Part shown: positions 51,001-63,409 of the stretch, one piece after another
How positions within the stretch are numbered: position 1 is the first letter of the stretch
Layout of the letters: every line of letters starts with the position of its first letter
NCBI RefSeq assembly: GCF_964204645.1
Contig: NC_134029.1
Coordinates: forward strand, 11,062,850 to 11,126,849
Length of the DNA stretch: 64,000 nt
Direction: 5' to 3'
Origin: Tubulanus polymorphus
Lineage: Eukaryota > Animalia > Nemertea
The notes under the pieces: generated by a model
Told to the model about the DNA's origin: nothing
The model's input: the letters and a program-made list of their open reading frames with translations, nothing else
Databases searched by the model: none
Program-made: the position numbers and the translations under genes

Positions 51001-54000
51001 ATACCGATACCGATACAAAAAGGTTATAATCATTTTAAATCTTAGATGCGGATTCAGACCAGTTACAAATATTTGCCACCTTTCATTTATCCCCGTCTAC
51101 GGTTAGCAGGGTCGATGAAATGTACGCAAATTCCCATACCAAAGTTCTTTGCCTGCTTCAACAATATCGTTGGACGGAGTCCAATCTTGATAGACGGGAC
51201 CATGTTCCCTCGGTAGATAAATCAGTTCCCACCTATCTAGCTACAAAGCTGTGGATCAGGGTCTAACCTTGCACTTTATTCCCAGCTGAACGAACATAGG
51301 GCAGAGAAATCATCGTCCGTAGTTCAGGTGTTGAAATTGCACCAGCTACATGCAGAGTAGTCTCACTCTGCCAAAATTGTTGTATGACCACTTTGGGGAT
51401 ATAGGAAATTGAAAGTCACCTTACCGAGTCGTATTTCACTTAATCCATATAGTAATCGGCAAAAATGCGAGTTAAGCGGAGTTGACTGTACAATTAGGGT
51501 TCTCTGCGAAGTAGCAGAAAACCCTAGTAATAAACACGATACCCCTATAAAAAGTCAGTCATTCAAAAAAAACACTCAATGAAATATATACAGCACTAAA
51601 AATTTATCCTACCGTGGTATTGTTTCTCCTTCAGATCGTTTCGGTTTGTCGATATCCAATGACTGGTTCACACTACTTTCAAATGTTTCTTTTTCACTGG
51701 CGCCGATCTCTGACAATGCGTTTTTGTCTCGATTGATGGGAGGCAAATTTGGTATGGAAGAAGGCTTGACGATCCTCTCCATCATCTTTGTCATTCCTCT
51801 GCGCGCGTTGTTTTCTCGTGTGTGAGTTCTTCGGCGATGATCTATTTGTCGTCTTTTCAACAGACGAACGTCTTTTCGATCCCATTTGAATTCAACTATT
51901 TACTAAATAACCGATTTCACGCATTTATAAGTCGCTTGAAGCTACGTATCAAATGAAATTCATTCAAGACTAACTATAAGAGCTTATCGTAACGAGCCTA
52001 CAAACTGCGCCATATACGACACAAAGAACACTTGAAACAGCATAAAATCAGATCAGACTACAGCATTTTATCAGGGTTGCTACTGACGACTAATGTTTAT
52101 ATTCTATTCCTAGACTACAAATGGGGTGCTGCCATTTTTAATGATAAAAAATTTATAGCCATTGGTTAATCACGCCAAACCGAATATCGAGTGCGTTTGA
52201 CTGGTTTTCAAGAGGGGATCATTTAACTATTAAATGTGACAACTATTAAACTATTATATGAGACAATCATAACAAGGTATCAAAGCAGAAAATATTTCAG
52301 TGTATACTACTAAAGCGCATCAAACTTATCTCACCATTGGTGGGGACAAATACATTTTCAAGTATAAATTTCCAGTTTACATAATAAATAAGTCATAATT
52401 ACGCACGTATATTTAATCTGCTGGGAAATATCTTTTGAATATTTGATAATGATATTGGGAATATAGCTGCAAAGCAGCGACAACGGGTTTCTGCCGGGGT
52501 CGAGCTAACGTTTCCATATTTCAGAATACGGTGTCACTAAGCCATCAAGGCGTGTCTATATAATGACATCACTCATGTATGACGTCACTGGCAGCGGATA
52601 AAGAACTTGACTGAAGAGTTCTGTATTAGGATTGTCAAAGCGTCGAATAAACTACTGCTCAAGGAAACATTATTAACATATAATGGACTTAATATTTTCC
52701 TTATAATTGTGGGATTCTCTTTATATTTTTTAACTGATAAAATGTCTGAAAGCTCGTCGGATATGCCAATTGAGCCGGAAAAGAAGATTTATTCAAATTT
52801 TGCAGAATCAGATAACTATTCGGATTTTGATAGGCAATATTATTTAGCTGTTTTGTACAATATAATACGAGTACATACAAATAAAAAAACATGTAAAATT
52901 AAGTTTTTTTCTCAATCATCATAATTTTCTACATAAAACAAATTTTATCCGAAATATCAAAATTTATATCCCCGGCTTGGGCTCTATGTATGTATAAAAT
53001 TTTGACAACGTTTCAACACCGATGGATAATTAATTAACTTCCTGCTATGTGGGATTGAAGATTGTTTTTCATTAAATTCAGAGTACGTATTTGGATTATC
53101 TTTTGAATGTCAATTTAACAACTGAATATGATTTCTAAAAGCACAGATCCATGCCGGTTTTCTGTATGAGCAGGGAGGCCACCTCCCGGTGTGAGGCATT
53201 TTTTTAAATAACGAAAGGAGTACTGATTCCACCTCCCAGAATTCTACAAAAATCATCAATTTCATGACAATTTTTCAACGATAAATATTTTTTGGTTATG
53301 CCCGTCTTAATCTTTAGTAACGTCCATCAATCTCATGCAAATTAATTATAATTCCCACTCCTTTTTTCTGCAGTTAAAGTGGAAAATACTCAAAAAATAT
53401 AAAAATCTTGTTCTTCCATTTTGAAATGCTTATTATAAATTCTATTTTGAAATTTTTCAATACACTGATCCCTTCGCCTCCAAATCGTGAGAAAGTCCAT
53501 GCTCCGCGAGGCGGAGTAGTAAAAAGGCCTAAGGTAAGAGTACTTCCATAATTCTTAATAATTGATACAGTAAACCTTGTCTAATTTGAAAGACAAAATA
53601 AAGATTGTATCAAAAATGTTGTATGACTTAATTGAATCTGTAAGCACAATCGGCAATATTGATCGTAAGGAATCTTATGGAGCATATCAAGAGGGAATTT
53701 CTAGAAAACAGGCATTTTGAGTTTCGATAAAAAGAAATTATTAGAACATTGAGACTTGCAATATCAAAACAGAAACAGACGTGGATGAAATGTGATGATA
53801 AAATGTTGTGTATTGGCAATACAAAGTGATAGTTCTTGTGGGATTCGAACCCATCACAAAGCACCTAGGTGACGTCACTGGAATGAACTGGGAAATCCGC
53901 CATAATACATAACCCACCTACCTTATTCTGAGGTATAGAAACGTAGCTCGACCGTTTCTGCCATGCTGGTTTAAATGTCGCACTGGGAAGCGCACAAAGA

Positions 54001-54466
54001 TTTCACCAAATAATTCTTATCAGTTTATAACATGTGACTATTTTGAAGGAGCGCGACACATATCCTGGATATATGGGTCCACAAGGGCTACAACGTAAAA
54101 AGTGCTGATGTACCTTGTTTGGTGCTTTCATAGTTCCGTTGGTAGTTGCATGAACTAATCGCACCCGTTGGCATAAGGCAATTATGTGTATATGTACTTA
54201 TAAAATTACCATGTGATCCAGCTTTGAAAATCGACTAAAGCACGTGTACTCAATAAATGTTAATTGATTTCAACATGCATTCGTGAAGCATTTTGATAAT
54301 ATCACATCACTAAAGATCTAATCTTGATTTGTTCTATGAAGAACTCAATTTTATTCTGATGAGTTGACGTGCTGAACAAATTAACAGAGATTAGAATATA
54401 TCACTGTTAATTCGATAAAACGTTACCCGCTGCGCTATCGGGTCTATTCACTCAGCTACCCGTTAA

Positions 54467-55143
54467 GGGAGCGTTCATAAATTACGTACCTCCATTGGGG
54501 GGAGGGGGGGTTACTGAATTTTGGTACAAAGTGGTACATGGGAGGAGGGGGGTCAGCAAAAATGGTACGTACTTTGAGGGAGGGGGGTATTAATCAATCT
54601 TGGTACGTACTTTATGTACCAAACTCAAATGAAAATAGCCGTTGGTGTTTTATCGGCTTTTAGTACCGGGTATATAAAATCAATAAACAACAATACTTGC
54701 TTAATTCTTTTGTTACGTCATTTTTTTAATTATCGGAATTTTGTTCTAATTCACCCTAACCCTAATTCAGATAAAAAATTAAGTTTTGTGACTCTATCAT
54801 CCTACGAAAAAAATTATGCTGCCTGGCAACAGGAGAGGCTGAAACAGAAACAAACAAACAATTCCACTTGTGACTCGTAGTAGACTTCAACTGGGATTTC
54901 CCCAATACCGGGTACCGGTATCGATCTTTCACGCACTTGTTTGTACATCATTAATGAAATCAGGTATTTATATTTCTTTGATTTGTGTTCTTTGCATCAA
55001 TATAATTGGGGGGGGGGGTCATGGGAGCGATGGTACGTACCTAAGAGGGGGTCAGTGAATTTGGTACAAAGGTGGTACAAGGGGGAGGGGAGGGGGGTCA
55101 GAAAAACGGGAGATTTTGAGGTACGTAATTTGTGAACGCTCCC
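54467..55143. mobile_element. PIF/Harbinger-type MITE
   Basis: 26-bp TIR GGGAGCGTTCAYAAATTACGTACCTC, 3-bp TSD TAA, internal G-runs. Confidence 0.85.
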
Positions 55144-55342
55144 TAAGCTAATATATGATAGAACTTAATGTAGCTTATTAGATTCACGCCTACGTACATT
55201 CTTGCTCGCTCTTCTGACATGGGAAAATTCTTTTACGCGAGATTAATTCATAATAAATTACTATACGCAAATCCGAAACGGTCAGACGCTAAGTTATATT
55301 TCAGTCAGAATTGGAAATGACGTTTATAAGCTGTTAGAAGTC

Positions 55343-55535
55343 AGTAATAGGGGTTTAGTTGTTTCATACCAAAGGTCGAGAGGTCGAGAAATTTTTCAAA
55401 TGTGAAAATAACAATAATTTCTACTTGAATTAGTCGCGTACACTCCTAATTCAAGTAGAAATTATTATTATTTCACATTTGGAAAATTTATCAACCTCTC
55501 AACCTTTGATATGAAACAACTAAACCCCTATTACT
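55343..55535. repeat. Hairpin of two ~90-bp Polinton-type TIR copies with a 12-nt loop; probable terminus of Polinton 2
   Basis: AGTAATAGGGG...TTTCATACCAAAGGTCGAGAGGTCGAGA resembles the element 1 TIR. Arms are 55343-55433 and 55446-55535. Confidence 0.75.
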
Positions 55536-55776
55536 CTTAAAATATTCATATACATGAATAACATTTAAATTGACAGATTATTCAATATAAAAGTGTGAGC
55601 TCTTATAGAATAGATATATAGATATATTTTAAACATTATTTCAATATTTGTATTTGTATTATTGTATTGAGTTAGATTTTTAAACATTAGAAGTGTTAGT
55701 AAAGTGTGATTGAAATAATACATATATAAATCATTGAACTTCTAAAATCAATTTAGTAAAAAAATTTAATATTAAA

Positions 55777-56430
55777 ATGGAACCAGAACAACCTCAAACT
55801 ATCAATATTACAAATAACACTGGTGTTATAAATATATACTACAAGAAGTGTTCTAAATGTGAATTAGATAAATCAGCTTTAACAGAATTTAGTAAGCGTA
55901 AGATTAGCAAAGATGGTTTTCAATATTGCTGTAAAACTTGTACTAAACTATATACCAAACAATATCGAGAAGATAATAGCGAAACTTACAATGATTATAT
56001 GACAGAATATATGAGAGGAAGATATCAAACAGATTTTAATTTTAAAGTGAAACAATGTTTAAGGTCTAGATTAACACAATTATTCAACAAAGAAACGCAT
56101 TCAGAAACACTATCTAATTTATTGGGTTGTTCAGATGAATTCTTAAAATCATGGATAATATATCAATTCGATGATAAAATGAATATAGATAATTATGGTG
56201 AATACTTTCATATTGATTATGTGTTGCCGATTTCTAAATTTGACATGAGTGATGATTATAATAAGAAGCTAATATGGAGCTGGAGAAATTTAAGACCTTT
56301 AGAAAAGAAGGAAAACATAATTAAATCTAACAAACTAGATATGAAATTATATTTAGATCAACTGGATAAAGCAAAGACATTTGTTGAATTATGGAACTCA
56401 ACGCATAATGAAAAATACGTTGAAGCTTAA
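55777..56430 (+). CDS. Zn-ribbon plus HNH-like endonuclease of the type seen in large DNA viruses
   Basis: CSKC...DG...CKTC, then YGEYFHIDYVLP...WRNLRPL...EN..KSN. Tyr replaces the usual second His of HIDH. Confidence 0.7.
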   Translation: MEPEQPQTINITNNTGVINIYYKKCSKCELDKSALTEFSKRKISKDGFQYCCKTCTKLYTKQYREDNSETYNDYMTEYMRGRYQTDFNFKVKQCLRSRLTQLFNKETHSETLSNLLGCSDEFLKSWIIYQFDDKMNIDNYGEYFHIDYVLPISKFDMSDDYNKKLIWSWRNLRPLEKKENIIKSNKLDMKLYLDQLDKAKTFVELWNSTHNEKYVEA

Positions 56431-56866
56431 GCGCTTAGAAAACCGGTTACTCTCGATCTATGTCAAACTGCCTATATGTAATTGTATTAGCTCTTTGCAT
56501 CTGTCGCACGTTATATTCAGTTGAATGGGGTGTACCTCATTTGAATATTGATCGAATGTGCTATTTCAGTTGAAAAGGATTAATCAATTACATCACAAAG
56601 GAACAACTGTTGCTTAGACAGACAGTGCCTGGTATATTGAGCGCAGTCGCATGAAAACAGCCGAACTGAACAGACGGCTATATATAGAACGTATAAGATT
56701 TTTCTCTAGAAACACAATTAGGAGTTTACAGTTATAAATGTAAGTACTGTTTTTGTTGTTATTAAGACGCCGGGAAACGTTAAACATGTTTAAGTGCTGT
56801 AATTGATATTTGACAACTACAACTTCAAGTTAGTTTTATTCTACATTCTAGATATTTGGTAAAAAA

Positions 56867-57580
56867 ATGTCATACAGATCAAGAACTCCACCATCTACTC
56901 CAAATCTAACGCAAGAAAGTGAGGAGCCAGAATGTATGGATGTCAACACACCATCACAAGAAACTGTAATAGACATAGAAGAAAAAAATATCGAAAAACT
57001 CAGGAAACATATGGATTATTATAAACAATAAGTGTCAATTTTGGACGAAGTAATTACAACCAAACAATCAAAGATACAAGAATTACCAAAAATACCAACG
57101 CCAAGTTTAAAAACATTATTAGGACTTAAAGAAAATAGAATCAAATTGAGCGGTTGTGAACTACACGAATATTTAAAATCAAAATTACTGGATCATAGAG
57201 ATTTATCGAACTTTAGTGAAATAGACGTGCATTTATTTTCAGAAATTAGTGGATTACTGATAAGCGAGTATGAAAAATTGTTAACTAAACAAACAAATCA
57301 TCTTTGGGATTTTATAATTTTTGGGAATTCCTTCAATAAAGGGTTTGTTCTTTTTCATTCGACTCAAACTAAAAATATTTCATGGGCTAATTGGGTTAAA
57401 GAAAATATACATATTAGTGTCGGGCATGAAAGAAAACTTAGAGGCATTGGGAAATTATATTCATTTAAAAAATTTCAATTATTGGGTTTACCATTTCCTA
57501 CCGTCATTAATCATTTGACAGAAATCGAAAAAATGTTTGAAAATTACCCCGAAATCAAAGAATTCTGGTTGAAATTATAA
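56867..57580 (+). pseudogene. Hypothetical protein (acidic/Pro N-terminus, possible C-terminal HTH) with an in-frame TAA at 57029
   Basis: ATG at 56867 is in frame with ORF 57032..57580. Upstream TATA-like box and a candidate 5'-UTR intron at 56740-56851. Confidence 0.6.
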
Positions 57581-58205
57581 AATCCCAAAGATGATTTGTA
57601 ACAGTAGTTGTTTTTCATACTATGTAGATTTTTTAATGTATTATATTTACCCTATTTGCATTTTCTATTATTCTATATTCAACCGTTGTTAATGTCACGC
57701 ACAGTGACAGATGTTCTATTATACTTTATTGATTCCTGCATTCCACGCATACCTTACCGCGCATGAAATGCGCGGCTTGGAATGTGGAAATCGATAATGA
57801 TTGTAGAATAAAATATATGTGTTTATGAAATAGTATTTCCACCAGTCGTTTCTTTGAATTTATTTTCAGTTTTAGAATTTATTATCGAGAATCCGAAATG
57901 ACTTATCTGGACAGTTATAATTACTGCTCCTAATAGATAAACAATAGTAGTGAGATATTAAATCCTAATTTAAATAAAATATAATAAAAAAAACAATAAC
58001 TTCAATTAGCTAGTGAATTCTATTATATTTTTAATATTTTCTTTTCAAAAAGAGAATACTTTATATTTTGAATAGATTCAAATAGAAATTCTTTAAATTC
58101 AAATAGCTAGTATCAGTAGTCAATACTAGAATTCTTTAACTTTAACTATCTAGTATCATTTTATAATACTTATAATATTTTTCTTATTAAATTTCTCTAA
58201 TATAA

Positions 58206-58808
58206 ATGTCAAAGAAATCGAGTAAGAATAGTATTGATATTGAAAAAACATTAGATGATTTGGGTATTAGTGATAATAAAGATACAGTTGTTTCTAATTC
58301 TATTCAAGTTAATAACAATATTGATTATGAATACTACTTATATTGTAAGCATCATCTTGAATTATTAATTGCTGGCGGGAAATCTAAGGATTTCTTGGGA
58401 AAAATAATAACTTTTCAAGAATTAGATGCTATGAAACCCGATAAAGTAATAAAATATTTTAAGATTTATGAAGAAGCTAGATTAGCTAGAATAAATGATT
58501 CTATTTCAGATGGTATTGTCAAATGTTATTCGAAGTTATGTAACCAGTTAATATCAATTGATGATGAAAATAAATTATATAGTGATTTGAAAAATGACTA
58601 CTTAGTTATGACTGAATTACAAAAATGAGTTGGTTATGCTTCATTTCAATTAGGATCGGTTATGACATTAATTTCTACTGGCGTCATAACATTTTCGAAC
58701 ATCAAACCTATGGAATATAAATCAGGTAAGAATGAAACAGATGTACTACAACCAAACGGTGAAATAGAAAATGAATCAGAACAAAAATTAACTAAAATAA
58801 ATGAGTGA
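58206..58808 (+). pseudogene. Polinton protein with a TGG>TGA stop at 58626
   Basis: The frame continues past the stop, and the element 1 homologue has Trp at that position. Confidence 0.8.
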
Positions 58809-59169
58809 TGGAGTTAAGAAAAAGGTTAGATCCGAGAAACAAATTAAATGGGCAAGAGGATTAGGTAAAAGATCTTCAGAATTAAAAAAAGCTAAGAAAA
58901 AGAAATTAACTGATATAAATGAATCACAGACTTTATCTGATATTAATTCAAATAATAATCCATCTGATTCTTCTAATAGTGGAAGAAATAATTACTTATA
59001 TATTACAATTGGGTTAAGCACAATTATTATATTCTCTGGTGTAATATATAAATCAAAATTCAAATCTGATGATAAAGATGATTCCAATGATGATAAACCT
59101 ATCATACCAGAAAATAAGTCAAATCATAAAGCCATTGAAACTAAATCTAAATTATTATTAATGGATTAA
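58801..59169 (+). CDS. Basic single-TM Polinton protein
   Basis: Homologue of 43394..43762. Confidence 0.8.
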   Translation: MSDGVKKKVRSEKQIKWARGLGKRSSELKKAKKKKLTDINESQTLSDINSNNNPSDSSNSGRNNYLYITIGLSTIIIFSGVIYKSKFKSDDKDDSNDDKPIIPENKSNHKAIETKSKLLLMD

Positions 59170-59175
59170 AATAAG

Positions 59176-60267
59176 ATGAAAAAAGAACAATATTTAAGAG
59201 ATTTATATTATAACCCAGAAAGTGAAGTATCATATTCTAGCGTTTCAGAATTATGGAATAAAATTAAATCTGATAAAGGAAATGGTAATATAAAATATGG
59301 TGAATTAAAATCATGGTTACAAAATCAACCAACATATCAAATACACAAGAAAATGGATAAAACTTATTTAACAAGAAAAGTTATGGTTTCATATATCGAT
59401 CAACAATGGCAAGCAGATTTAATTGACATGAAGAACTTAGAAGAACACAACAAAGGATATTTCTGGATATTAAATGTTATAGATATATTCAGTAGATACG
59501 CATGGTCAATTCCAATCAAAAATAAAACTGGTATAGAAGTAACAAATGCTTTTAAATCAATATTTAAAGAAGCTATTCCAGATAAGATACAATTTGATGA
59601 AGGTAAGGAATTTTATAACAAACATTTCAAAAAACTATTATCTGATAACGATGTAGATTATTTTTCAACACACTCAGATAAAAAAGCATCTATTATAGAA
59701 AGATTTAATAAAACATTGAAAACTAGAATGTGGAAATATTTTACTGCTAATGAAACATATAAATATATCGATGTGTTAGATGATTTAGTGAAAGGTTATA
59801 ATAATTCTAAACATAGTTCTATAAATATGAAACCTATACAAGCTAGAAAAGAAGATAATTCGGAAATAGTATGGAATAATTTATATGGTGCGTTTGTTAC
59901 ACATGATTTTGGAGAACCTAAATTTAAAATAGGACAACACGTAAGAATATCTAAATATAGAAAAACATTTTATAAAGGTTATACCCCTAATTTTACAGAA
60001 GAAATATTCAAGATTAAAAAGATGATATTAACTAAACCTTTCGTTTATAAACTAGAAGATCTAAAAGATGAAGAAATATTAGGTTATTTCTATGAACAAG
60101 AATTATCACTTGTACCAAACCCAGATGAAATAGAATACAAAATAGAAAAAGTATTGAAAACAAAAACTCTTAAAGGAAAAAAGTATTCTTTGGTGAAATA
60201 TAAAGGATATGATGATAAATTTAATGAATGGATTTTATCTAGTAAAATTAAAAGAATAAATGAATAA
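59176..60267 (+). CDS. Retroviral-like (rve) DDE integrase with C-terminal chromodomain, intact
   Basis: WQADLID, IQFDEGKEF, IIERFNKTLK; chromodomain YKIEKVL...LVKYKGYDDKFNEWI. Confidence 0.96.
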   Translation: MKKEQYLRDLYYNPESEVSYSSVSELWNKIKSDKGNGNIKYGELKSWLQNQPTYQIHKKMDKTYLTRKVMVSYIDQQWQADLIDMKNLEEHNKGYFWILNVIDIFSRYAWSIPIKNKTGIEVTNAFKSIFKEAIPDKIQFDEGKEFYNKHFKKLLSDNDVDYFSTHSDKKASIIERFNKTLKTRMWKYFTANETYKYIDVLDDLVKGYNNSKHSSINMKPIQARKEDNSEIVWNNLYGAFVTHDFGEPKFKIGQHVRISKYRKTFYKGYTPNFTEEIFKIKKMILTKPFVYKLEDLKDEEILGYFYEQELSLVPNPDEIEYKIEKVLKTKTLKGKKYSLVKYKGYDDKFNEWILSSKIKRINE

Positions 60268-60871
60268 AGATTTATTTATATTTGAACCGCATAATATGTT
60301 AGTTACTGGAGTAACAAACTGTGGTAAAACACATTTCATATTAGATTTGTTAGAAACTATTTATAAGAATCATTTTGATAATATAATATTATTCTGTCCT
60401 ACTTATGATATGAATAAAATATATAATAGAGATATAGTTAAGATAAAAAAGTTTATTATATTAGATCCTAAAACAGTAAAAGATAATTTAGATAATTGTA
60501 TAAAAATAGCAATTGATATCTATAAAGGATCAAATACATTATTCATTGTAGATGATTGCGCTAATTTACATGATTCAAAAGTGAGAGAAAGTGAGTTATG
60601 TTACTTAGCTTTCTCTGGGAGACATTTCGGGATAACAACATGGGTTTTAAATCAAAAATATAATTCAATTGTTAAAGACTTTAGGGAGAATATAAGATTT
60701 CTAGTTTTATTTTATAACAAAGATAAAAAATCTATGCAACAATCATTGGAAGAAAATCAAATTATACCTACTGAATTACATGATGAATATATGAATAAAT
60801 TAAAGAATAATAAAGGTTCAAAATTATTACTGAGGCTTCAATTTCCATATGAATATAAATTTATAAAATAA
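60260..60871 (+). CDS. A32/FtsK-like genome packaging ATPase
   Basis: Walker A GVTNCGKT, Walker B FIVDD, arginine finger GRH, and the Q motif in VLNQ. Confidence 0.93.
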   Translation: MNKDLFIFEPHNMLVTGVTNCGKTHFILDLLETIYKNHFDNIILFCPTYDMNKIYNRDIVKIKKFIILDPKTVKDNLDNCIKIAIDIYKGSNTLFIVDDCANLHDSKVRESELCYLAFSGRHFGITTWVLNQKYNSIVKDFRENIRFLVLFYNKDKKSMQQSLEENQIIPTELHDEYMNKLKNNKGSKLLLRLQFPYEYKFIK

Positions 60872-61215
60872 CTATTTATATATCTATCTATCTAATACGT
60901 ATTAAATACGTATTAGATACGTATTAAATACATTAATACTTAAAACCCCCTTTTTAAAATAAATATTATTCATACAATTTTCAACCAATTTATTTTTATT
61001 TTTTCAACTAATATATGAATAAGTTTGAAAATAATAAAGGTTATTTATTATTACTGAGGTTTCTGATATAAATTTTAAAAAAAATATAATTTAAGGTATT
61101 TTCAAATAATACGTATTAAATACGTATTAGATATGTATTAGATATGTATTAGATACCTTAATACTTAAAACCCGCTTTTTTATTTACTATTACTTTATAC
61201 AATTTTCAACCTTTA

Positions 61216-62076
61216 TTACTTTTTGAGTGTTAGATAATTACTTTCTGAATCACTTTCATCATCACTCTCCAATTCATCATCATACCCCATCAATTTATTC
61301 AAATGCTCTACCGTATCTTCATAAATAATTGGTTTATTGATATACTTATTAGTCATCTCAACTATATCTTTATTTTCTGATTTAAGTTTCATAGAATCTT
61401 TATTATCAATGCGCTTTCCTGTAACTATATTTTCATTGTCATCTTTCTTAGTGTTTGACCTTAATATTGTATTTACAATGCTTGATTCTAATATTTTGTT
61501 AGCAGCAGATAAATCTAATTCATCATTACTAGGTTACTTAGATAAAAATTCACCTAATAAATCTTTATATAAATCTTTACCATCTACTTTTTTATTTGAA
61601 ACAAACTTTGTAACATAATTAAATGGGTGTTCTATAAATCATCTTATACCAACACGATGTATTACATTAATAATATGTGAATTTGTATTCATATGATTAT
61701 TCCAATTTGATGGAGCGTTTGAAAATTCACCTTTACAATAATCACAATAATTTCTATTTTCACTAATATTTAATATTATTTCATTATTTGATGTAGAAGG
61801 TATTGCATTATTAGATGTAGAAGGTATCGCATTATTAGATGTAGAAGGTATTACATTATTAGATGTAGAAGGTATTACATTATTATCAATTACATTACTT
61901 AAATTATCAACAACACCACTTTTATTATTATCGATTTCTATTAGTTTAGTTTTATAAATTTTGAAAATAGGATCAAATATCAAAGCTATATTACAAGGTA
62001 TTACATAATATAAACCATCATTATTTTCATGTGTATCGATGTATGGAATATGTTTATATACTTTACCTCCTTCTAT
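61216..62076 (-). pseudogene. Zinc-finger protein with 8-aa repeats (NNxIPSTS x4); start codon reads ATA, internal stops
   Basis: ORF 61639..61983 has YCDYC...HMNTNSH and 24-bp tandem repeats. The frame extends both ways, to TAAATA at 62076 and a stop at 61216. Confidence 0.6.
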
Positions 62077-62156
62077 TTATTATATAAATTTTTATTAAAG
62101 TTAAAATTCTAATACATAACACTTTTAATTGAGAATTTACAATATTTAATTGCGCG

Positions 62157-63376
62157 TCAGATATAATATAAATATGCATTTTGATGCATTTTGATGATAA
62201 ATATGCATTTTAGGCTTCCTTTTTTCTTTGTCATGAATAATTGTATTCCATCTTTAGTGTTTTGTAATTTTTTTCCAGAACCATGTAATGAATTATCCTC
62301 TGTTGTTCTAAAATCTAACCATAATGCATATTTATTACCGGTATAATAATCAATTTGATTAATATAACAATTTTCAGATGATTTTACTTTTTCATTCATA
62401 AAATATTTTCTAATTTCTGGCCATTGATCAATCATTCTCATTCCTTGACAAAATATTTTATTTGCTATTCCTTCGATAGTTATTTCTACTTTTGTTATTT
62501 CAGGATTATAATAATTATCAACATTTATTGCACCATTAGTATATGTTGCAATGGTAAAAAATATTAATATACCTTTAATAGATCTTCTTGGGAAGTTAAT
62601 ATTCTCATTAATTATTTCATCATTTGCATTAATAGTTACAGTTTTAAATTTATCAATATAATCATATAATAATGAAAATCCTTGATTGTATTGAGTTTGA
62701 ATTGTACTAGCAATATTTTCATTAGTTACTGTGTCATATTCTAAACATATATTCGATAATTTATAACCCATATCTTTAACAACGCTAGATAATACAATTT
62801 CATTTACAGGAGCAAATGTTATTTCTAATATAACATCTTCTTGAATTGCATATTTATATAAAGGTGCATTATTATTTATCAATTCAAAGTCTAATGGAAT
62901 TTTATATTTGCTTCCATATATACTTTTTATCAATTTATCTATAGAATTAGTTAATATTGCATTATGTGCTTCTGATCTTAATTTATTTTGGTTTTCTGAT
63001 TGGATTCCTTGAAATATCATATTATTTCTATTTTCTTTAGTTAACCATAAATCTTTATAATGCATAAATAAATTAAAATCATCTAATGAGAAAACTGTTT
63101 CTGGACCGATCTTTATTGTTAATTTTTTAATCAAATATCTTCCAACATTATCAACAACATAATTATTATTATTACCGATTACTTTTATATCGGCTGATAA
63201 ATAAATACTATTTGGAACATAAAAATATTTTGTGTTAATCGAGGAATTCTAACATATAAAGTTTCATCAGGATTAATATTATAAGGGTTATGAGTAATTA
63301 TATGATGTGATCTTTCTGCTTTAATAGCATTAGATATTCTATGATTCTTAGAAGGATTGATATAACTCCCACTCAT
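62157..63376 (-). pseudogene. Major capsid protein, frameshifted at about 63230 and near the C-terminus
   Basis: ORFs 63185..63376 and 62157..63134; near-identical peptide blocks to 41629-42721. Confidence 0.8.
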
Positions 63377-63409
63377 TTATTTAACAAAAAAATTAATTAT
63401 TTATTTTTA

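Noticed and set aside
48200-54400. Scattered short ORFs between the two Polintons
   Set aside because: No recognisable domains; the region contains degenerate repeat fragments.
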